DNA from: Acidimicrobiales bacterium
GTDB taxonomy: Bacteria > Actinomycetota > Acidimicrobiia > Acidimicrobiales > SZUA-35
Direction: 5' to 3'
Length of the DNA: 64,000 bases
Assembly: GCA_028285495.1 (NCBI GenBank)
Contig: JANQPB010000022.1
Location: forward strand, 1,969 to 65,968
The position numbers were made by a program, and so were the translations under genes. A model generated the notes under the pieces. The model was not told where the DNA came from, did not search any database, and worked only from the letters and a program-made list of their open reading frames with translations. Within the stretch, counting starts at the first letter, position 1. Each line of letters opens with the position of its first letter. This document shows, one piece after another, positions 58,539-64,000 of this stretch.

Positions 58539-59384
58539 GTGACCGAGACCGACAGCGAGACCCGTCTGACCGCGGCGATCGAGGCGATCGGGCCGCTTGT
58601 CGTCGCCTTCTCCGGCGGCGTCGACTCGGCGCTGCTGGCCGTCGCCGCCAACCGGGTGCTCGGGGAGCGGGCGTTGGCCGTGACCGCCGACTCGGCCTCG
58701 CTGGCCGACGGCGAGCTCGACCACTGCCGGTCGCTGGCGGAGCGCCACGGGCTGGCCTGGCGGGCGGTGGCAACCGACGAGCTGACCGACCCCCGCTACC
58801 GGGCCAACGACGGCGACCGCTGTTTCTGGTGCAAGTCGGCCCTGATGGACCAGCTCCAGCCGCTGGCCGAGGCCCGCTCGGCCACCGTCGCTCTCGGGGT
58901 CAACCTCGACGATCTCGGTGACCATCGCCCCGGTCAGGCGGCGGCGGCCGAGCGGGGCGCCCGCTTCCCGCTGGTCGAGGCCGGGCTCGACAAGGCGGCC
59001 ATCCGGGCTCTGGCCAGGCATTGGGGCCTCGAGGTGTGGGACCGGCCGGCCATGCCCTGCCTGTCGAGCCGCCTGCCCTACGGCACGTCCGTCTCGGTCG
59101 ACCTGCTGAGCCGGGTCGACCGGGCCGAGGCCGCCATCCGCCGACTCGGCTTCAGCGACGTGCGGGTCCGACACTACGACGACACCGCCCGCATCGAGAT
59201 GCCGCCAGCCGACCTGGCCACCGCCGTCGAGCGGGCCGACGAGATCGTGGCCGGGGTCGGCGCCGCCGGCTACCGGTATGTCACGCTCGACCTGGCCGGA
59301 CTCCGAAGCGGCAACCTCAACGGTGCCCTGTCCGTCGACGGCCGGGCGAACGGGTCTGGATCGCTGATCGTCGATGGGTCCTGA
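58539..59384 (+). CDS. larE: LarE, ATP-dependent sulfur transferase for nickel-pincer nucleotide cofactor synthesis (PP-loop ATPase)
   Basis: An in-frame GTG at 58539 within ORF 58032..59384. The PP-loop is [23 protein letters not shown] and [13 protein letters not shown] follow. Confidence 0.85.
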   Translation: MTETDSETRLTAAIEAIGPLVVAFSGGVDSALLAVAANRVLGERALAVTADSASLADGELDHCRSLAERHGLAWRAVATDELTDPRYRANDGDRCFWCKSALMDQLQPLAEARSATVALGVNLDDLGDHRPGQAAAAERGARFPLVEAGLDKAAIRALARHWGLEVWDRPAMPCLSSRLPYGTSVSVDLLSRVDRAEAAIRRLGFSDVRVRHYDDTARIEMPPADLATAVERADEIVAGVGAAGYRYVTLDLAGLRSGNLNGALSVDGRANGSGSLIVDGS

Positions 59385-60057
59385 CGCCGAGCAGCGCCCT
59401 GGCCGGACCGATGCAGCCCGGCTCGACCTCGGTCGGACCGAGCGGATCGACCTGCCCGAGGCCGTCTACTGCCGGTCGAAGACCGTCGGGCAGTGCGTCG
59501 ACATCGTCGCCGCCATGCTGGCCGACGGGACCGACGCCGTGATCGCCACCCGGACCACCGACGAGCAGCGCCTGGCCCTGGCCGCCCTCGGGCCCGAGGC
59601 ATCGGCCGCCGGCACGCTGGTCTGGCGGCCCCGGCCGGCCACCGGGGCCACCGCCGCCGTGGTCGCCGCCGGCACCTCCGACCTCCCGGTGGCCGAAGAG
59701 TGCCGGCTCACCCTCGAGGCGATGGGTCACGGGGTCGAGCTGACCGTCGACGTCGGCGTCGCCGGGCTGCATCGGCTGCTCGACGTCGTGCCGTCCCTGG
59801 CCACCGCCGACGTGATCGTGGCCGTCGCCGGCATGGAGGGGGCGCTGCCGACCGTGCTCGGTGGCCTGGTGGCCCAACCGCTGATCGCCGTGCCGACCTC
59901 GGTCGGCTACGGCACCGCGTTCGAGGGCATGACCGCCCTGGCCGGGATGATGACCAGCTGCGCCCCTGGGGTCGCCGTGATCGGGATCGACAATGGCTAC
60001 GGCGCCGCCTGCGCCGCCCACCGGTTCCTCCGCCGGCTCGGCTCCGACCCGACATGA
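59374..60057 (+). CDS. larB: LarB, pyridinium-3,5-biscarboxylic acid mononucleotide synthase (AIR-carboxylase/PurE-like)
   Basis: 227 aa. [17 protein letters not shown]...[32 protein letters not shown]. It overlaps larE by 11 nt. Confidence 0.85.
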   Translation: MGPDAEQRPGRTDAARLDLGRTERIDLPEAVYCRSKTVGQCVDIVAAMLADGTDAVIATRTTDEQRLALAALGPEASAAGTLVWRPRPATGATAAVVAAGTSDLPVAEECRLTLEAMGHGVELTVDVGVAGLHRLLDVVPSLATADVIVAVAGMEGALPTVLGGLVAQPLIAVPTSVGYGTAFEGMTALAGMMTSCAPGVAVIGIDNGYGAACAAHRFLRRLGSDPT

Positions 60058-61337
60058 ACGGCGGCCACGCCCGGTCGGGGTCGGCCGAGACCACCGGGGC
60101 GGCGTCGAGCCGGGGTCGTCACGTCTGGTTCGACCCGACGTTCGGCGCCGCCGGTGACATGATCCTCGGCGCGCTGCTCGGCCTCGGGGCCCCGGTCGAC
60201 GAGGTCAGGGCCGGGCTGGCGGGGCTCGGGATCGACGGCTGGTCGCTCGACCACGCACGGGTCGAGCGGGGCTCGCTGGCGGCCGACCGGGCCGAGGTCG
60301 ACGCGCCGGCCGGCGACCACCACCGCAGCTGGTCGACGATCGATGCGCTGCTGGCCGGCGCCGATCTCCCGAGGATCGTGAGCGACGGCGCCAGGACGAC
60401 GTTCCGCCGGCTCGGCGAGGTCGAGGCCGCCATCCACCGGGTCGGTCTCGACGAGGTCCACTTCCACGAGGTCGGTGCCATCGACGCCATCGTCGACATC
60501 GTCGGCTCCTGGCTGGCCCTCGACCGGCTCGGGGTCACCGGAGCGTCGTCCGGGCCGGTCGGCATCGGCTCGGGCAGCGCCGCGGCGGCCCACGGTCGGC
60601 TGCCGATCCCGGCCCCGGCCACCGCCGACCTGCTGGTCGGGGCCCCGATCCACCCGATCGACGTCGCCGCCGAGACCGTCACCCCGACCGGGGCCGCCCT
60701 GCTCACCACCATGGCCACGCGGTGGGGGCCGATCCCGGCCGGCCGGCTGCTGGCCACCGCCAGGGGTGCCGGCGGGCGCGACCCCGATGGCCACCCGAAC
60801 GTCGTCACCGCCCACCTGCTCGAGCCGAGCGACGGCCCCGGCGGCGATCAGGCCGGCCCGACACCGGCGGCCCACCAGCCGGCCGTGCAGCTGACCACCA
60901 ACCTCGACGACCTCGCCCCCGAGGTGATCGGCCACGTCATCGGCCGAGCCATCGACGCCGGGGCCGACGACGCCTGGGCCGGTCCGATCGTCATGAAGAA
61001 GAACCGGCCCGGCGTGGCGTTGCACGTGTTGTGCCACCCCGACCGGTTGCCCGAGCTCCAGGAGCTGGTGTTCACCGAGACGGGCACGCTCGGGCTGCGG
61101 GTGCAGGCGGCCGACAAGCGGGTGCTCGACCGTCGCTTCGAGACGGTGGTGGTGCGAGGCCACACGATCCGGGTGAAGGTCGGGCCCCACGGTGCCAAGC
61201 CGGAACACGACGACCTGGTGGCGGCGTCGGCCCAGACCGGGATCCCGGTCCGCCGGCTCGCCGCCGAGGTGGCCGCCGCCCGGGCCGAAACCGGCCATAT
61301 CGGTGGCGATGCGACCACGGGCGGCGAGATGAACTAG
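60054..61337 (+). CDS. larC: LarC, nickel insertion protein (DUF111 family)
   Basis: The ATG at 60054 overlaps the larB stop (ATGA). The sequence has [36 protein letters not shown] and [16 protein letters not shown]. Confidence 0.85.
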   Translation: MNGGHARSGSAETTGAASSRGRHVWFDPTFGAAGDMILGALLGLGAPVDEVRAGLAGLGIDGWSLDHARVERGSLAADRAEVDAPAGDHHRSWSTIDALLAGADLPRIVSDGARTTFRRLGEVEAAIHRVGLDEVHFHEVGAIDAIVDIVGSWLALDRLGVTGASSGPVGIGSGSAAAAHGRLPIPAPATADLLVGAPIHPIDVAAETVTPTGAALLTTMATRWGPIPAGRLLATARGAGGRDPDGHPNVVTAHLLEPSDGPGGDQAGPTPAAHQPAVQLTTNLDDLAPEVIGHVIGRAIDAGADDAWAGPIVMKKNRPGVALHVLCHPDRLPELQELVFTETGTLGLRVQAADKRVLDRRFETVVVRGHTIRVKVGPHGAKPEHDDLVAASAQTGIPVRRLAAEVAAARAETGHIGGDATTGGEMN

Positions 61338-61370
61338 CAAAACGCCCCGCCGCAGGGCCAAACTCTTGGG

Positions 61371-61856
61371 GTGTCCGTTACCGAAGCTACGTCAGACGCC
61401 CGGATCCAGCGGCGTGTCGGCTCCGCTTGGCGGCAGATCCGGCGAGGGGCGTCGATGGTCACCGTCAAGGACCTCTTCTACGGCCAGGGTGGGGAACCCC
61501 TCGACATCGCCCTGGCCGATGCGCTGACCCTGATCTGCCAGAAGGGTCCGATGCGGATGGGCGAACTGGCCGAGCTGATGCACATCACGCCGGCCTCGAC
61601 CACCAGGGCCGTCGGCTGCCTGGTCGACAAGGGCTTCGTCGAGCGGGTCAGGGCCGAGGACGACCAGCGGTCGATCGTCGTCATGGCCACCATGGAGGGC
61701 CGCGAGCGCTACGGCGAGATCGCCAGGCGGGTCCAGTACGGGCTCGACCAGATCCTGGCCGACTTCAGCCCGGACGAGCAGGCCCAGCTGGCCGAGTACC
61801 TCGAGCGGTTCGTCGCCGCGGTCGACAAACTCGCACAGTCAGCCGAGCAGCAGTAA
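61371..61856 (+). CDS. MarR family transcriptional regulator
   Basis: 161 aa with a GTG start. The wHTH is PMRMGELAELMHITPASTTRAVGCLVDKGFVERVRAEDDQRSIVV. Confidence 0.85.
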   Translation: MSVTEATSDARIQRRVGSAWRQIRRGASMVTVKDLFYGQGGEPLDIALADALTLICQKGPMRMGELAELMHITPASTTRAVGCLVDKGFVERVRAEDDQRSIVVMATMEGRERYGEIARRVQYGLDQILADFSPDEQAQLAEYLERFVAAVDKLAQSAEQQ

Positions 61857-61957
61857 CTTGCTCAGGTCGCCGAGCCGGCGGCCACGGTGGGGCGCCGAGC
61901 GCTCCGCCCGACCAGACGCCTCGACCCGAGCTGTCGCTCGAGAGAAGGAGTGGGCCG

Positions 61958-63049
61958 ATGAAGGCCGCCGTCCTGAACGCCGCCCCCGGTCAGCTGGAGA
62001 TCGAGGACATCCAGATCGACAGCCCCGGCCCCCGCGAGGTCCTCATCGAGACCAAGGCCGCCGGGCTCTGCCACAGCGACCTCCACTTCATGGAGGCCCT
62101 CTATCCGTTCCCGCTGCCGGCGGTGCTCGGTCACGAGTCGGCCGGGGTGGTGGCCGAGGTCGGATCCGACGTGCACTACGTCAAGCCGGGCGACCACGTG
62201 ATCACCTGCCTCTCCGCGTTCTGCGGGACGTGTGAGCAGTGCATCAGCGGCCACCTGTCGCGCTGCGAGCGCAAGGCCATCGAGCTGGTCCGACAGCCCG
62301 GCCAGCCCTCCCGGCTGTCCCGCAACGGTGAGGACGTCAACACGTTCCTCCACCTGTCGTCGTTCGCCGAGCAGATGCTCGTCCACGAGCACGCCCTGGT
62401 GAAGATCCAGCCGGACATGCCCCTCGACAAGGCGGCCCTGATCGGCTGCGGGGTCACCACCGGGCTCGGGGCCGTGTTCCGCACCGCCCGGGTCGAGCCG
62501 GGCGAGGTCATGGCCGTCATCGGCTGCGGCGGCATCGGCCTGTCGGCCATCCAGGGCGGTCGGATCGCCGGTGCCAACAAGGTGATCGCCGTCGACACCA
62601 ACCCGTCCAAGCTCGAGCTGGCCCAGACCCTCGGCGCCACCCACGTGGTCAACGCGGCCGACGGCGACCCGGTCGAGCAGATCCGGGAGCTCACCGACGG
62701 CTTGGGCGTGCACCACAGCTTCGAGGCGGTCGGGATGAAGGAGACGGCCGAGCAGGCGTTCCGCATGCTGCGCTCGGGCGGTCAGGCCACGGTCATCGGG
62801 ATGATCCCGGTCGGCACCAAGGTCGAGCTGCACGGCGTCGACTTCCTGTCCGAGAAGACGATGACCGGCTCGAACATGGGCTCCAACCAGTTCCGGACCG
62901 ATATGCCCCGGTTCGTCGACATGTACCTCGACGGGCGGCTGATGCTCGACGAGATGGTGTCGAAGCACATCGACATCGAGCAGATCAACGACGGCTTCGC
63001 CGAGATGAAGGCCGGGACCGTCGCCCGCTCGGTGATCACGTTCGATTAG
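61958..63049 (+). CDS. Zinc-dependent alcohol dehydrogenase (MDR family)
   Basis: The ATG at 61958 follows GAAGGAG. The sequence has MKAAVLNA...GLCHSDLH...GHESAGVV and the structural-zinc cysteines CGTCEQCISGHLSRC. GCGGIGLS is the NAD site. Confidence 0.9.
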   Translation: MKAAVLNAAPGQLEIEDIQIDSPGPREVLIETKAAGLCHSDLHFMEALYPFPLPAVLGHESAGVVAEVGSDVHYVKPGDHVITCLSAFCGTCEQCISGHLSRCERKAIELVRQPGQPSRLSRNGEDVNTFLHLSSFAEQMLVHEHALVKIQPDMPLDKAALIGCGVTTGLGAVFRTARVEPGEVMAVIGCGGIGLSAIQGGRIAGANKVIAVDTNPSKLELAQTLGATHVVNAADGDPVEQIRELTDGLGVHHSFEAVGMKETAEQAFRMLRSGGQATVIGMIPVGTKVELHGVDFLSEKTMTGSNMGSNQFRTDMPRFVDMYLDGRLMLDEMVSKHIDIEQINDGFAEMKAGTVARSVITFD

Positions 63050-63088
63050 CTGAGGATCGCGAGGGCCGCGAAGCCCCACTCCACCTGA

Positions 63089-63499
63089 TCACGATCGACT
63101 GACGACGCCAGACCGGTCGACCGGCGTCGCCGCAGCCGGCTGCGCCGTCCGAGCCTCGGCCCCCGCCCGCCAGAAGAGGTAGAGCGGAAAGGCCAGCGAC
63201 AGCCCGACGAACAGCGTGGCCGGGACGACCGGCCACCATCGCTCGATGCCGACTCGGCGGCTGTCGAGGTACGACCACACCCAGAACACCGTCGCCGTGA
63301 TCAGCAGGTCGGCCGAGAAGCCGCCGGCTGCGCCGTTGGCGAACAGCGCCTCGACGAAGCCGACGAGATCGGCCCCGTCGTCGGCCAGGAACGAGCCGAA
63401 GAAGAGCCACGGCACCACGGTGCCGGCGACCGCCGCGGTCAGATAGAACCATCGCACGCCGGAGAGGGGCGCCACCTGTCGTGTCTGCATGTGGCTCAT
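63089..63499 (-). CDS. Small integral membrane protein (DUF2834-like)
   Basis: 136 aa with four hydrophobic segments (WFYLTAAVAGTVVPWLFFGSFL, LLITATVFWVWSYL, ...). Confidence 0.6.
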   Translation of the reverse strand: MSHMQTRQVAPLSGVRWFYLTAAVAGTVVPWLFFGSFLADDGADLVGFVEALFANGAAGGFSADLLITATVFWVWSYLDSRRVGIERWWPVVPATLFVGLSLAFPLYLFWRAGAEARTAQPAAATPVDRSGVVSRS

Positions 63500-63614
63500 C
63501 GTGACGCCGTGGCCGCCGCCGGGCGATGACGTGTGAGGTCATGCCCCGGTGCCTCCCACGCCCTTTCACCTCCACGAAACAAACGGGAAACATGGTCCCT
63601 CTACCGTCTGGGGC

Positions 63615-64000
63615 ATGACGGTCGAGCTCGTGCACTGGCCGAAGGAGCGAAGCCGCCGAGACCGCCTGCATGAGCTGAACCAGCCTCGGCTCCTCCTGGT
63701 CGATCCGGAGGCCGATCCTCCGCTGACGGTCGACCCGAGCGAGGACTGGGTCCGCCTGCCGGCCAACCACGAGGACGTGCAGGCCCGGATCGAGTCGCTG
63801 CGGCGCCGGGCCGAGGCCGAGCCCATCCTCGACGACGGCGTGCTCCGCACCGCCGCCGGATGGGTGGCGCTGCCCGAGCTCGAGGCCAGGATCATGGAGG
63901 TCCTGCTCCAGCGGTTCGGCCGGGTGGCGGACCGCCAGTCGGTGCTCGCCGCCGGGTGGCCGGGCGAGACACCCAACCGCAACGTGCTCGACGTGCACCT
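63615..64000 (+). CDS. Winged-helix (OmpR/PhoB-type C-terminal) DNA-binding protein, 3' end outside the window
   Basis: Not in the track because the ORF is incomplete. My translation from ATG 63615 reads MTVELVHWPKERSRRDRLHELNQPRLLLVDPEADPP...GWVALPELEARIMEVLLQRFGRVADRQSVLAAGWPGETPNRNVLDVH, a trans_reg_C-like motif. Confidence 0.6.
   Translation, partial: MTVELVHWPKERSRRDRLHELNQPRLLLVDPEADPPLTVDPSEDWVRLPANHEDVQARIESLRRRAEAEPILDDGVLRTAAGWVALPELEARIMEVLLQRFGRVADRQSVLAAGWPGETPNRNVLDVH

Overview
Very GC-rich chromosomal segment (roughly 70 percent G+C by eye, not computed). The gene content points to a mycothiol-using actinobacterium: mca, nucS, dnaE2 behind a TCGAAC-N4-GTTCGA SOS box, ettA and many lipoproteins. 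The lineage is inference only. I call about 57 protein genes on both strands, tightly packed. I saw no rRNA, tRNA, CRISPR array, transposase or integrase. The ORF track translates GTG/TTG starts as M and omits ORFs that run off the window, so two edge genes (1..2430 minus, 63615..64000 plus) were translated by hand. Many very long listed ORFs are Arg/Gly/Pro-rich antisense shadows typical of high-GC DNA and were rejected. Content is mostly housekeeping, redox and lipid metabolism: four crotonase-fold enzymes, a thiolase, a split MFE-2-like SDR plus MaoC pair, NMO, LLM, Zn-ADH and a geranylgeranyl reductase. Also present are DNA/RNA functions (NucS, DnaE2, HrpB, thermonuclease, an NYN-S1 RNase-like protein), envelope proteins (VanW-like, M23-like, PAP2, several lipoproteins), a MgtE-type transporter with a PhoU/TrkA-C partner, NfeD-SPFH, mca-SCP2, and regulators (two SARP/BTAD proteins, TetR, MarR, one wHTH). 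Items most worth a second look: (1) a GrdB/PrdB-family reductase gene split by one in-frame TGA in a U-x-x-C context, followed by a SECIS-like hairpin, a candidate selenoprotein; (2) just downstream, four tandem GTGGAAC-N4-GTTCCAC palindromes at 29-bp period, bracketed by a direct repeat 200 bp apart; (3) a larE-larB-larC nickel-pincer cofactor operon with no larA nearby; (4) an orphan 815-aa HerA/FtsK-like ATPase next to an internally deleted 2OG-oxygenase remnant; (5) an NYN-S1-histone-H1-like-tail fusion built from DNA repeats; (6) a triple GCTAC-N5-GTAGC operator-like array; (7) a perfect 30-bp in-frame duplication inside dnaE2. All family assignments come from reading motifs by eye; no searches were run.
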